Numbered from the whole stretch's first letter, positions 36,949 through 50,175 are shown. The stretch is 62,962 nt of DNA, filler included, from Octopus bimaculoides (GCF_001194135.2; 5 parts of 5 records of this genome joined end to end with filler, not necessarily neighbours in it); one strand, 5' to 3'. A program made the numbers and translations. Notes: generated by a model not told the origin, from the letters alone.

Positions 36949-38177
36949 AGGGCGATGTAATCCATTTTAGCATAACGGTTACATTAAAGAGTTAACATAT
37001 TAGGATAATGGCTTTCTTTGGTGGTTTATTTGAGAGAACGAAACACAAGTATGTCCTAACTAATGAATGTGGAGCAAGATTACAAATGATCAGTTTTAAG
37101 ATTGATGATTGCAAATGAATTATTTAAACTAAATCATTCGATTTATTTTAAACTAGATATAAAGAACGGTTAAGAATAATAGCTATAATTAGTGCCAATT
37201 AAATAGCTATTATTTTGAATAATCTTAAAACTGACAATGACAGCCAGTTACCTTCTTCCCTTTATTGGTTAGGACAGTTATCTTTGTTCGTTCATTCATT
37301 AAGTCAGCCCATTCATTCATTCATTCATTCATTCAATCTCCATCTGTCTGCCTGTCTGTCTGTCTGTTTGCCTGTCTCTCTCTCTCTCTCTCCTTCACTG
37401 TAAAGGATTGTTAAGTTATATATGAAAGTTATTTTGAAAGTTTGAAAGTTATTTTGCTTTGTACTTAAATATATTTCACTTACTTTTCATTTGCCTTTCC
37501 CACTCCCGTCTACACAACTATATTAATGAGATATTTTAAGGTGGTGGAGAGTGTCTGTGTATGTGTATGTATATGTATGTGTGGAAGATGTAGGGAGTTC
37601 AGCAAGGGAAAAAGGGTTCATTTATCCAAGCCTAAACTGCAAACGTAATATACTTACTTGCGTCTGAATAACATGGTGACTAAATGCGAGTCATAAATAT
37701 CATAGTCATTCTGACGATATCAATAACTATAGACAAGCAGGCTATCCACATGCTAGAAATAACAGCAAAATCTCACAAAACTGCGATAACATAATGAAAT
37801 TTTGAAAATGCGATTTTTGAAAAAAAATTTTTTTTCAGAATCGGATCCTCCATAACCAAAAACGTGGGATTAGGTAAAAAAAAAATCAATATAAATCCAT
37901 TTTACCCGAATTTATGACGGAAAAATCGGATCTTGTGAATTTTCCGAAAGTCCCCTTCCCACCCACCAGGGCCGTCAGCTCGCATTCGTTTTTCTTATTC
38001 GTTTTCCACACACTTGTTTGTATCCCCCAGGCTGGTTTATTTATCTTTTTTTTTGTTCCCGAGTGAAGGTCTTTATATTGACCAACCGGCCTACCCCTCT
38101 ATAATATCAACTGCTCTAGATTTTATAGTGTGCTTCTCCTCCAGATTTATGTATTTCTACAAAAGATCCTATATATA

Positions 38178-38322
38178 GTCCCCGTAACTTAGCGGTTCGG
38201 CAAAAAGAGACTGATAGAATAAATACTAGGCTTACAAAGAATAAGTCCTGGGGTTGATATGCTCGACTAAAGGCGGTGCTCCAACATGGCCACAGTCAAA
38301 TGACTGAAACAAGTAAAAGAGT
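38178..38322 (+). mobile_element. SINE family B 3' part
   Basis: gtccccgtaacttagcggttcgg...gaaacaagtaaaaga. Confidence 0.9.
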
Positions 38323-38564
38323 ATATTATTATTATCTCGGTTGAAAAAACTTTGACAATGTAAATATGTTAATAGTTACCATGGGTAGCAAAAATCACAC
38401 AAAAACTAGGATATCACACCCGTTTAATAGGTAGAAATACCAAGTTAAAGTGATGTATTTTGAGTAGATATGAAGAATAATAATAAATGGAGCAAAACGC
38501 ATATAAACAATAAGTTCCTTTAAAGAACGTATTGTTTATATGCGTGTTGCTCCATTTATTATTA

Positions 38565-38616
<52 letters not shown>

Positions 38617-39789
38617 CGTGTGCACGCGTGTGTGTGTGCATGCATGTAAGGGGTTTGCTTTTTTCGGTCTTTATTTGTGTTTATTGTTTTATAATTTTTT
38701 GTGTTCTCTGTTTCGTCTATATTTCTAATTTAATCTTTTTCTAAATTATGTTACGTTTATATGTTATATGATATATGACAATAAAAACCTTTATTTTTAA
38801 TCAAAGGTTACAGGTGAAAAGTAAAAGTGGAGACAGCACGGATGTATGTTTAAAGATTATTTTAACTTCTTTTTTCTGTCAATACAGAAGTATTGTTATA
38901 TTTGTTACATAAAGAGACTTTTATAAAACAAGACCAGTTTCGATGTGTAAGTCCATCTTATTAAAAATCCAAAGTCAAAAATTAGGGAAAAACTTAAAAA
39001 GTAGAAATTAAGACAGCTTGTTCTCATATTCTTTGTGTAATTAAGAACATAATTAATATTTTCTGTTTTTATAATATTAATCATATTTTTCCAAGATAAA
39101 ACAATCCTGATCTCTCTCTCTCTCACTCACTTTAACTGTCTAACCTTTTTAGCTTATAAAATTAATTAAAAGAAACTGTTTACCTACTTTAGTTTCAGGA
39201 ATTTGAAATAAGTCGTGAACAGTTAAGTGACGAGTTCGACCACGCTTCTACGACCATATAAAATAATAAACATGTGTTGTAATGTGACGATTAAACATTT
39301 ATACTATGGAAGATCATTCGCAGTTGATCTAATCAAAAAGACTTTCATGTGTGCCTGATAAGATAGCTTGTAATAAACATAAGGATTTATAAAGCTCAAA
39401 ACCAAAATAAAGGCAAACCAGAATGCGAGGAAAATAAGGGTAGCCAAAGTCCGAGTATAGTAAGATCCAATCGACTAGCTCTGTCTTCTTTTTATACAGC
39501 AAGTTAAATCTCTAAAATCTTCCTTACAAAAACGAAGGCTAAAGAGAAAACGCAAACGGAACCTAAATCATTTATTGTTTAAGTCCGATATAAAACATCG
39601 CTAATTGTAATCAATGTAAAATGTAAGTAACGATAAGCCCAGGCGAAAATATTGAATTATGACTAGGTTGACCCTCCATACAATAATATACGTAGTATTA
39701 GATTGATCTAAAATTTGTGTGGAAGCTCTCTGTCTCTGTCTGTCTGTCTGTCTCTCTCTCTCTCCCTCCACACACACACACATATACAT

Positions 39790-39878
39790 ATAGTCTTTTA
39801 CTCTTTTATTTGTTTCAGTCATGTGACTGTGGCCATGCTGGAGCACCGCCTTTAGTCGAGCAAATCGACCCCAGGGAC
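39790..39878 (-). mobile_element. SINE family B tail
   Basis: gtttcagtcat..ggccatgctggagcaccgcc. Confidence 0.85.
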
Positions 39879-40075
39879 TACTTCTCGGACCTGGGACGCC
39901 GCCTCCAGGCCAATTCAGTAGCCTAGACTTGTTCGTGGATGACTGTAAGGCGTTGGTCGAGCGTTTCGACTTTAAAAAAAGACCCCTCCGGGCCAATCTC
40001 ACCCGGGCCGAATCGGTCGCCCTCCGCAATCTCCGCCGCCGCGACGACATTGTCATCAAGCCGGCGGACAAAGGT
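39875..40075 (+). mobile_element. Penelope-like element ORF fragment (RT N-terminal region), cut by the scaffold end
   Basis: Open frame TPPPGQFSSLDLFVDDC..NLTRAESVALRNLRRRDDIVIKPADKG; IKPADKG is characteristic of PLE reverse transcriptases. Confidence 0.9.
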
Positions 40076-40175
40076 NNNNNNNNNNNNNNNNNNNNNNNNN
40101 NNNNNNNNNNNNNNNNNNNTTAATTAATTAANNNNNNNNNNNNNNNNNNNNNNNNNNNNNNNNNNNNNNNNNNNN
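40076..40175. other. Artificial scaffold-joining spacer
   Basis: 44 N + TTAATTAATTAA + 44 N. Confidence 0.95.
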
Positions 40176-40218
40176 AAATATATACGTGGAAAAGAAAGAA
40201 AAGCTTAGACATCCTTAC

Positions 40219-40433
40219 CCGTAAATTGCATCCTTGTCTCGTTTAAGCTGTCCGTCCTGGGAGGAATTCACAACCCCTGGCATATTGTTACTGGGTGAGT
40301 ACGACGGATACTGCGGTATGGGTCCATGGTTTAAGTTGGCAGCGTGCGTGGACAGGGGGTGACTCGGTATTGATCTGTGAGGGGGATCATACATGCCTTC
40401 CACACAAGTCCCGTAGGGAATGTCATTTTCGTA
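40219..40433 (-). CDS. Meis: Meis/homothorax TALE homeobox gene, coding exon 2 (215 nt, phase 0 start, phase 2 end)
   Basis: YENDIPYG..MYDPPH..LNHGP..LKRDKDAIYG matches the Meis N-terminus just before HPLFPLL; acceptor tttttatgtttcag|tac, donor tacgg|gtaagg. Confidence 0.93.
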
Positions 40434-40700
40434 CTGAAACATAAAAATAATCACATTAAATTGCGTGCATGCGTGCGGGCATGTGTGTGTGTGTGTGTGT
40501 GTTGATGTTTATAACAAAAGCTAGTTAGTGAAACAAAATTATAATGCTGTTTGGAAGTTTAGTAGCTAGCTTAGAGCCTCGTCAGAAGATTTATTATTTA
40601 TTATTTTAACAGTCATTATAAATTTTATTATGAGAGATTTATTGAAAGTGTTGTATGGGCAAAAGAAATAAATAAAATTATTCGCCCATTCAGAAAGAGG

Positions 40701-40760
<60 letters not shown>

Positions 40761-40762
<2 letters not shown>

Positions 40763-41180
40763 CATATTGTCTCTGGCTGTCCAGTTCTGGCTAAGAAAGA
40801 ATATATTCACAAACACACGAGAGTAGGGACCTAGTTACACTGGAAGCTATGCCAACAGTTTGGAATAACAAGATACAAAAGATGGCATACCCCAGAAAAG
40901 ATTGCAGCGCGTGACCATATTCTGAGAGAAATTAAGGCCAATAGGCCGGATATAGTTGTCAGAGATCATGAAGGAAAAAAGTGCTTTCTAATCGATGTAG
41001 CAATACCAACAGATAGCAATGTTTCTCTAGAAGAAACGGAGAAGCTTGCAAAGTACAAAGATCTGGAAATAGAGGTAACTCGAATGTGGAATCTAAAAAC
41101 AAACAATTCCTATCATAGTTAGCGTATTAGGTATGATAAAAAAAATATACAGACAAAAACATAACAAAAACACCAGGACT
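40761..41180 (+). mobile_element. R4/Dong-like C-terminal fragment directly after (AAT)n
   Basis: HIVSGCPVLAKKEY..HWKLC..ANRPDIVV..FLIDVAIPTD..EKLAKYKDLEIEVTRMW. Confidence 0.85.
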
Positions 41181-41251
41181 ATATATATAATATATGCAAG
41201 TGTATATAAATATTTGTGTGTGTATAAGCGTGTACATAATATTCTTTTTCT

Positions 41252-41558
41252 TTTATTCTTTTACTTGTTTCAGTCATTTGACTGTGGTCATGCTGGAATA
41301 CTACCTTTAGTCGAGCAAATCGACTCCGGGACTTATTCTTTGTAAGCCTAGTACTTATGCTATCGGTCGCTTTTTGCTGAACCGCTACGTCACGGGAGAC
41401 GTAAACACACCAGCATCGGATGTCAAGCGATGTTGGGGGTGCTAGTGACAAACACAGACATACCAGCACACACTCGCGCGCACACACACACACACATATA
41501 TATACATATAGATATATGACGAGCTTCTTTCAGTTTCCGTCTACCATATCCACTCACA
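41252..41558 (-). mobile_element. SINE family B
   Basis: Reverse complement of consensus. Confidence 0.85.
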
Positions 41559-41731
41559 NNNNNNNNNNNNNNNNNNNNNNNNNNNNNNNNNNNNNNNNNN
41601 NNNNNNNNNNNNNNNNNNNNNNNNNNNNNNNNNNNNNNNNNNNNNNNNNNNNNNNNNNNNNNNNNNNNNNNNNNNNNNNNNNNNNNNNNNNNNNNNNNNN
41701 NNNNNNNNNNNNNNNNNNNNNNNNNNNNNNN

Positions 41732-41762
<31 letters not shown>

Positions 41763-41774
41763 TATATTTAAAAG

Positions 41775-41995
41775 AGGGAGCATGGCCTTGTGATCAGGGC
41801 TTAGCACTCGTGATCACAAGATCGTGGTTTCAATTCCTGAGCAAAATACTCCATCTGCACACCATGGACTTGTCCAGACAAGGTCAATCTGATGTACAGC
41901 ACAAACGTTTGATCACTATAAAGAAATCATTTCTACAGGTCGTTCGACAAAAAGCTGAACGCTCATACGTCGTCTTCGACAGGAGAGTGTACAAT
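41775..41995 (+). mobile_element. tRNA-derived SINE family E
   Basis: tggccttgtgatcag..ggtttcaattcct head; tail aaagctgaacg.tcatacgtcgt.ttcgac shared with 49780. Confidence 0.65.
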
Positions 41996-42034
41996 ATGCT
42001 TATGTATATGCGATTTTTGTTTTCCTACTTTCAT

Positions 42035-42650
42035 TCAGCTTAAGAGCTGCAGCCATGCTGAAGCACCACCGTTGGCTTCACTAAACTTTCACTATTTTAA
42101 ACATCCTCCGATATGTGGCATTTGGTGAATGAGTAAATTCGATGTTGCTGCTTCCATCTGCGTTTCTTGCTCTAAAGTACGTTGATCCGGTACTCTTGAC
42201 ACAAGGAGATCAGTTTTCTTTTGAAGAAGCCTACATTCATATCGTATATCTCACGTTTTGGGGAGGATACTGAAGAGCTTCGGGTCCTTGAAACCCAAGC
42301 TACTGCAGTATTTCGTCCTGTATCCTGGTGGCAATGTAGCGATTTTTAGTATTATGCAATTGTGTCGCATTCTACTGTTTGCGTAACTTTCAATGCCAAA
42401 GTTTGGTTATAAGTCTTTCAAGGATTTTCCAGATGTACATCATTGCATACATTTCCGGCTTTTCCTTCTAGGTAAGTCTATCCACAATAGCTAACACGTG
42501 GCATGCAGACGTGTGGCTTCGCTGGAATAGCTTCGAGTTCCGTCGTTAATTTTACAGTGTAGTGACCATAGTTGGGAATAATAATCTAAACAACGGAGAT
42601 AAAATGTTATCCAGAGGACCATCATGATTTCCTGACCTCTAATTTTCAAA
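42035..42650 (-). mobile_element. CR1/L2-like (Jockey-group) LINE ORF2 3' end and tail
   Basis: EIMMVLW..LDYYSQLWS..PNFGIESY..SLGFKDPKLFSILPK..VPDQ..AATSNLLIHQM. Confidence 0.75.
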
Positions 42651-42651
42651 G

Positions 42652-42701
<50 letters not shown>

Positions 42702-42776
42702 NNNNNNNNNNNNNNNNNNNNNNNNNNNNNNNNNNNNNNNNNNNNNNNNNNNNNNNNNNNNNNNNACTGTATAAAT

Positions 42777-42816
<40 letters not shown>

Positions 42817-42999
42817 TAAGCATTCATGCACGCATACATATAAAATATATAAATGTTCAGAACCTATCCGAGTTCTCGATAGAAAAAAGCCAAATAACGA
42901 CAGGAAAATATTGTATTAAATTAGAACTACAGTATTAAAAACATTCTTTAAATATTGTGAAAAAGCATGCGCGGGGTGAGGTGGGGTGAGTTTAAGTAC

Positions 43000-43107
43000 A
43001 AGTATTGTGTATCTCGTCATAAGTATTGTGTATCTCGTCATAAGTATTGTGTATATCTTGTCATACGTATTGTGCGTATCTGGTCATAAGTATTGTGTGT
43101 CTCGTCA
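43000..43107. repeat. 21-23 bp minisatellite (aagtattgtgtatctcgtcat) x5
   Basis: Direct reading. Confidence 0.9.
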
Positions 43108-43184
43108 ATAGCTAGCTAGTTTCCACGTTTCCACGCGTACGTGTGGGATAGTTGCATATTATTTTTTATCTTATTTTTTTACTT

Positions 43185-43555
43185 GATTCGGTCATTAGAT
43201 TGCAGCCATGACTAGAAGAAATCTTTAGTAGTCGAATGAATCACACCACAAGACTTTTTTTTTTATTCTAAGTCGGGTACTTATTCGATCGGTCTTTTTT
43301 TTTTTTTTTTGCCTAACTGCTAATTTACGTGGACATAAACACACCAACACCGGTTGTCAAGCAGTGGAGACACACACACACACACACACACACACATACG
43401 ACGGGTTTCTTTCAGTTTCCGGCGACCAAATCTCACAAGGCTTTAGTCGGCCAGAAGCAATAAAAGAAGGCGCTTAGCCAAAGGCCCACGCAGTGGGATT
43501 GAACCAGGAACCATACTGCTGGGAAGCAAGGTTCTTACCACACGTCTACACCTAC
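43185..43555 (-). mobile_element. SINE family B
   Basis: Reverse complement of consensus. Confidence 0.8.
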
Positions 43556-43660
43556 GCTTATACAATATCACAAAGGGTACAGAATATGTTCAGCGCTCAG
43601 TCTTTTTGTATAAATTTCACGAGCTTAGATCATAGTTAATTTAGGGTTAGGGTTAGGGTA

Positions 43661-44240
43661 GGTCAATGGTTTAGTGGTTAGGGTTTTCGTTTCACGATCG
43701 CGAAGTCATGAGTTCGATCACCGACGGTGCTCTATGTCCTTGAACAAGACACTTTATTTCAGGCTGCTCCAGTCCACTTAGCTAGCAAAAATGCGTTGTA
43801 CTTGTATTTCAATGGACCAGCCTTGGTACATTCTGTATCAAGTTGAATCTTCCTGAAAATTACGTTAAAGGTACGCATACCTGTGGAGTACTCAGCCACT
43901 CGCACGTTAATTTAACGAGCAGGCTGTTCCGTTGATCGGATCAACTGGAACCGCCGTCGTCATAACCGACGGAGAGCCTGGGCTTTCGGTTCTCGATTGT
44001 AAGTTTCTCTCCGAGGAAGACACTTCATTTCACATTGCTCTAGTCCACTCAGCTGGCAAAAGTGACTTGTACCCGTATTTCAAAGGGCCAGCCACGTCAC
44101 ATTCTATATCAAGGCGAATCTCTTTGAGAAGTACAAGTGTCTGTGGAGTGCTCAGCCACTTGTACGTCAATTTTACGAGCAGGCTGTTCCATTGATCATC
44201 AGATCAACGTAAAAACTCGTCGTCCTAACCAACAAAATGC
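43661..44240 (+). mobile_element. Two tandem modular SINEs (family D centre + family C tail)
   Basis: ctccagtccact.agct module as at 25750; tail gagcaggctgttccgttgatcggatcaactggaacc as at 33345. Confidence 0.75.
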
Positions 44241-44714
44241 CAGTTTAGTCTAGTTTAACTGTGTTGTGTCCTGTTTGAGAATCAAAAAGTAGGATTGTTT
44301 TTTTGGGTTTTTTTTTTCCTGGAAACCGACTTCAGTAAGTCTGTACTTCATCCGCAAACGCTTTTTTCCTTATGATTATTTCAGATAAGGCCATGTTAAC
44401 GAAATCTAGTTTCCAGAAAGCTAACTTGAGAGAGATTTAATTACTATTTCAATTACATTATACTCATAAATTATGTTGAGGGGCGTTTTCTTTGAAAACA
44501 GATCGTTGTCACAGATTTTCTTCCCCCTTTTCTGTTAGGTTATTCAAGTTTTGTGCTTCTCTGTGGCTAGCAATACTAGCGAGCGAAGTAACATTGGTTT
44601 CAAATTTTGACACAAGGTTATTAAATTCGGTGAGGGGCTAAGTCGATTACACAGACCTCAGTGACTAAGTCTGAAGTTTGCGGAGAAAAGCTAGTTGATT
44701 AAATCTAGCCTAGT

Positions 44715-44780
44715 ACAGACAGACAGACAGACAGACAGAAAGACAGATAGATAGAAAGACAGACAGATAGAGAGGCAGGC

Positions 44781-44815
<35 letters not shown>

Positions 44816-45065
44816 AAGACAGATAGATAGACAGGCAGACAGATAGATAGACAGAAAGACAGATAGATAGACAGGCAGACAGACAGACAGACAGACAGAC
44901 AGACATAGGCAGACAAACAGATAGATACATAGGCAGACAGACACACAGACGGACGGACGGACGGACAGCCAGAAAGATGGATAGATAGATAGATAGATAG
45001 ATAGATAGGTAGGTAGGTAGGTAGACGGACAGATAGTTAAAGACAGACTGACAGACAGATAGACT
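44715..45065. repeat. (GACA)/(GATA) tetranucleotide array
   Basis: Direct reading. Confidence 0.95.
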
Positions 45066-45671
45066 GATGCAGATAACGTTACCATAAACAGGTGCGTAAG
45101 GAGATCATCCACACAAAAAAATTAAAAAAGAGACAAAAGTATTTGAATGCGGAGTAGAACATACATTAAAGTTTCCTCTCGTTGTACGACAATATGTCAA
45201 CGGCTATCGATTTCACTGATGGGAAATCAATAAGCTTTGATAAAACGTTTTCTACATCATTGTACCAGAGTCAGAGTGCACTGTATGAACGTGTGTGCAT
45301 GTGTTGGTGTGCAGCGTGGTTTGACGTAACACACGCATACCTACATTTGTACCTATCATCATAGTCGCATTAAATTACGTATCAGCAAAATGGACGAAAA
45401 TCTAGAAATACTGAGTCTATGAAAAAAAAAAGAGCACAAGAAATTGACCGCGGATTCTCCAAATCCAATCTATTAGCGAAGATTTGTAAGATATTCCAGA
45501 AATTTTCCATTTTAGGTTCGCATGTGAATAGAGGCACACACTTGGGCTGCCCAGCAGATACGAATGCATAGAAGTCCAGGAACAATAGAACATTTATTAC
45601 GAATTAATGCGACCGGCTTAAACTCTCTTAAGAAGAACTTCAACCTCGAAAATATACAGAAACAATAAAAG

Positions 45672-46018
45672 GCGCAGGAGTGACTGTGTGGTAGGTAGCT
45701 TGCTCAGCAACCACAATGTTCCAGGTTCAGTACTACTGCGTGGCATCTTGGGCAAGTGTCTTCTACTATAGCATCGGGCCGACCAAAGCCTTGTGAATGG
45801 ATTTGGTAGACGGGAAGTTAAAAAGAAGCCCGTAGTGTATGTATATATATTGACAACCGATGTTGGTGTGTTTACGCTCCTGTAATTTAGGGTTCGGCAA
45901 AAGAGACCGATAGGATAAGTAGCAGGCTTCCAAAGAATAAGTCCTGGGGTCGAGTTGCTCGACTAAAGGCGGTGCTCCAGCATGGCCGCAGTCAAACGAC
46001 TAAAACAAATAAAAGAAT
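45672..46018 (+). mobile_element. SINE family B, near full length, CpGs retained
   Basis: ggcgcaggagtgactgtgtggtag head through tail. Confidence 0.9.
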
Positions 46019-46749
46019 ACAGCTATAGAAATCGTATATTACAAATGTAATATGTAAAGTATATATTAGCAATAAACGTATATAGCATAAGAATGTATAT
46101 GATAATAAAGATAAATATAGGTGCATATATGGCTGGGTGGTAAGAACTTGTCGGGTTCAGTCTCACTCTGTGGCATGGCTGGCTGGCTGGCGGGATAATC
46201 TATCGATCGATCGATGTGTGTGTATTATCGAGAAACGCATTCACAAACGCAGAAATAAGTATATAGAGATAACAACAGCAGTGTTTCCAACCAGTTATTT
46301 TAAATAGATTATTACCAACATAAAAACAAGAGCTAAATCACCTCAAATCACAAACCAGTTCAAATTAGAATGGATCCAAGACATCCAATAAGGAATATAT
46401 CAATTTATTTTACATATGGTATATCAAAATAATCGTAGAATACCTTTCATCATAAACAAGTTTGTAAATATGTCTGTGTAAATAACTGAATTGTTTGGAT
46501 CTTTTGCGTCGGTTTCACCCAACCACAAATCTGATGAAAATTTTCCAAAAATGTGCTTTTGATATAATTTTGCAGGTTGATGAAAAATATTGCTGTTGTT
46601 ATTTTGGAAAATTTATGACGAAGAAGTTAAAGAGCATTTTTAGCTAATGAATTTTAAACCACTGTCCCTAATAGCGAAAGTCGAAACTGTATGTAGTCAT
46701 GGTAATTCCAATTCATTAATTAATTCTATGGCTGCGTGGAAAATGTAGT

Positions 46750-47290
46750 AGGAGACAATGCTGAAAATCTTGTGTCTGTTAGAAGAAACATGTGGTTGGA
46801 AGGAGAATCCCATCCAAATAGAAGTGCAATTTTTATGTATCTACTGCTGTTGGGTCAAGGAGTCGACGGCAAGTACATTGCGTAAAAAAAAACTAGGGAC
46901 TGATGTGACTGCTGAAGAAGATTACGAGAATTATTTATGGGAGGTCTGTGCACAGACGGTTTCCTTGTCGGCGAACCTTTATGAGATTAACACTCAAAGA
47001 ACGCATTCATCAATCATTTCTGCTGGGAACAACTGTTTACGGTGATTGTAGCATATTCGGATATTCCCTGGATACTAGGATACCAAATTCACCAAAGAGC
47101 AGTGAACCACAACGTCGAGTTTGTAACTCGCAAGACAGGACCCATACGCAATATGTAAAAAGCACTTGAGTCTGTCTTAGGTGCGAGAATAAACGGCGTT
47201 GTGGCACTAATCGTTCTGCAATGGAGTCTGCATAAAGTCTTTCCGACTTTATGAGGTGTCGCAAGCATGCAAGAGAAGACCTGTTTCAAA
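46750..47290 (+). mobile_element. Possible piggyBac-like transposase C-terminal relic
   Basis: Cys-rich fragments RRVC..VCLRC..TCFKRY; weak. Confidence 0.25.
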
Positions 47291-48027
47291 AGATACCGCG
47301 GCGCATATCTAATTTCGTTAATTACACAACATTCCGTTGCATTCTTTCTTTTATTTATTTCATAACCGTTTTTTTTTTTTTTACTGACACCCAATGTGGT
47401 TTCGTTTCATTTCGGCTGTTATTTCTAGCGGCAACTATTTGTTGCTATGGTAACTATGGCAGCAAACAGTTTCGACTTCCACTTATGAGTACACTTGACT
47501 CATTTCTTTATCTAAAAACATATATAACTTTAAATGCTTCTATCTTGTTTATTATTAATTTTTTGGATATATAAAAAAAAAATCCAATTGAAAAAAATAT
47601 AAGGCAATTCGATATTCATCATCAGCATGCAAAACTACATCTTCAAGTGGCTGGAACAAAAATGGAAAAGATTCAATTGCTTTTCTTTCAAACGTTACAA
47701 AGAGACATGAATTCTTCCAGATTTGGGCTCTGTCTTTTCTTGGCGTTTCAAGGTCAGTTTGTTACAACAGCGTTCTTAATCCACCAGTCTATGAATACCT
47801 CATGATTCTTAGAATAGTTCCATGTCAGAATGAAGTGTTGATGAAATACATGATGATCGTGCTGCGTTTCGGATTATATAGCGATAAATCCTAGTAAAAT
47901 TCATTATTAATTATACATGTGAAATATCCAAGTGTTTAATTTAGGTTAGTAATTTTCTACTAGTCAGGTTTCTATTTAAATATATACCAAATATGTATAT
48001 GTATATTAATACGCTAGTATTAATATC

Positions 48028-48064
<37 letters not shown>

Positions 48065-48331
48065 ATATGCGTACATATTTCCTAGTGTAATCTTTCTTTT
48101 TCTCCTAATGCACGCGCGCGTACGTCTGCCTGTGTGCACATACATAGATAGGCGGACAGACATATATACACACACAATGGATGTATGTATACAATATATA
48201 CATACGCACAAATATGAACACACACACACACACACGCACCCACACATTGTTTGTTTCTTAAGTTCAGTTCTAATAAAAACAACTTTACATTAATCTGATG
48301 GGTCACTCTATATTTTTGTAGAGTACAAATT

Positions 48332-48371
<40 letters not shown>

Positions 48372-49099
48372 NNNNNNNNNNNNNNNNNNNNNNNNNNNNN
48401 NNNNNNNNNNNNNNNNNNNNNNNNNNNNNNNNNNNNNNNNNNNNNNNNNNNNNNNNNNNNNNNNNNNNNNNNNNNNNNNNNNNNNNNNNNNNNNNNNNNN
48501 NNNNNNNNNNNNNNNNNNNNNNNNNNNNNNNNNNNNNNNNNNNNNNNNNNNNNNNNNNNNNNNNNNNNNNNNNNNNNNNNNNNNNNNNNNNNNNNNNNNN
48601 NNNNNNNNNNNNNNNNNNNNNNNNNNNNNNNNNNNNNNNNNNNNNNNNNNNNNNNNNNNNNNNNNNNNNNNNNNNNNNNNNNNNNNNNNNNNNNNNNNNN
48701 NNNNNNNNNNNNNNNNNNNNNNNNNNNNNNNNNNNNNNNNNNNNNNNNNNNNNNNNNNNNNNNNNNNNNNNNNNNNNNNNNNNNNNNNNNNNNNNNNNNN
48801 NNNNNNNNNNNNNNNNNNNNNNNNNNNNNNNNNNNNNNNNNNNNNNNNNNNNNNNNNNNNNNNNNNNNNNNNNNNNNNNNNNNNNNNNNNNNNNNNNNNN
48901 NNNNNNNNNNNNNNNNNNNNNNNNNNNNNNNNNNNNNNNNNNNNNNNNNNNNNNNNNNNNNNNNNNNNNNNNNNNNNNNNNNNNNNNNNNNNNNNNNNNN
49001 NNNNNNNNNNNNNNNNNNNNNNNNNNNNNNNNNNNNNNNNNNNNNNNNNNNNNNNNNNNNNNNNNNNNNNNNNNNNNNNNNNNNNNNNNNNNNNNNNNC

Positions 49100-49178
49100 T
49101 ACAATAGCTTTGGGCCCACTAAAGCCATATCAGTGAATTAGGTTGTCGGAAACTGAAAGAAGCCCTATATATATATGC

Positions 49179-49209
<31 letters not shown>

Positions 49210-49410
49210 CGGGTTTGTCCCCCAACATCGCTTGACAACCGATGCTGGTGTGTTTACGACCCCGTAACCTAGCGGTTTGGCAAAAGAGATCGATAGAATA
49301 AGTATTAGGGTTACAAAGAATAAGTCCTGGGGTCGATCTGCTAGACTAAAGGTGGTGCTCCAGCATGACCGGAGTCAAATGACTGAAACAAGTAAAAGAA
49401 TAAAAGAATA
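49100..49410 (+). mobile_element. SINE family B, followed by a partial second tail to about 49600
   Basis: Consensus match. Confidence 0.85.
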
Positions 49411-49779
49411 TATGTGTGTAAGTTTGTGCCCCACCATCGCCTCACAACCGGCGTCGATGTGTTTACCTCCCCGTAACTTAGCAATACGGTATAAGAGAAC
49501 GATTGAATAAGTATGAGGCTTAAAAAAGAAAAAAAAAACACTGCTGTCAGTTCGATTCAAATACTTCGAGGTGGTGTTCCAGCATGGCCGCAATCTAACG
49601 ACAAGTGACAGAGGTACGAAAACACACGCACACTCACACACATAAATATATAGACAGACAGACAGACAGACATACAGACAGACAGACAGATAGATAGATA
49701 GATGGAGAGATAGATGGAGAGATAGGTAGATAGATAGATACATAGATAGATAGATCTGAGGACGCATAACCTAAGTAGT

Positions 49780-50055
49780 TAAGAGAGTTGCACTCACGAT
49801 CGCGAGATCGAGGTTTCAATTCCTAGACCGGGTGGTAACTTGGGGCAAAACCTTTCATCTAATGATGCTGTGCGATCACTTCGACACCTGATGCGTGGTT
49901 AACACCTGGGTGCACCTGTTGAGACAACATCTATTTGATGGAGGGAGTGAGGTAATGTTCAGCACAAGCATTTCTGATCACTCTAAACAAACGATTCCAT
50001 GAGATCTTTCGGCAAAGCTGAACGTTCATACGTCGTATTCGACGCGAGAGTCCAT
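49780..50055 (+). mobile_element. SINE family E
   Basis: tRNA-like head gcactcacgatcgcgagatcgaggtttcaattcc; tail shared with 41775. Confidence 0.65.
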
Positions 50056-50073
50056 CATGTATATTGCATACAC

Positions 50074-50175
<102 letters not shown>

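Noticed and set aside
40434-40454. MIIFMFQ start of the ORF-track Meis peptide
   Set aside because: It is the polypyrimidine tract and acceptor; the exon starts at 40433
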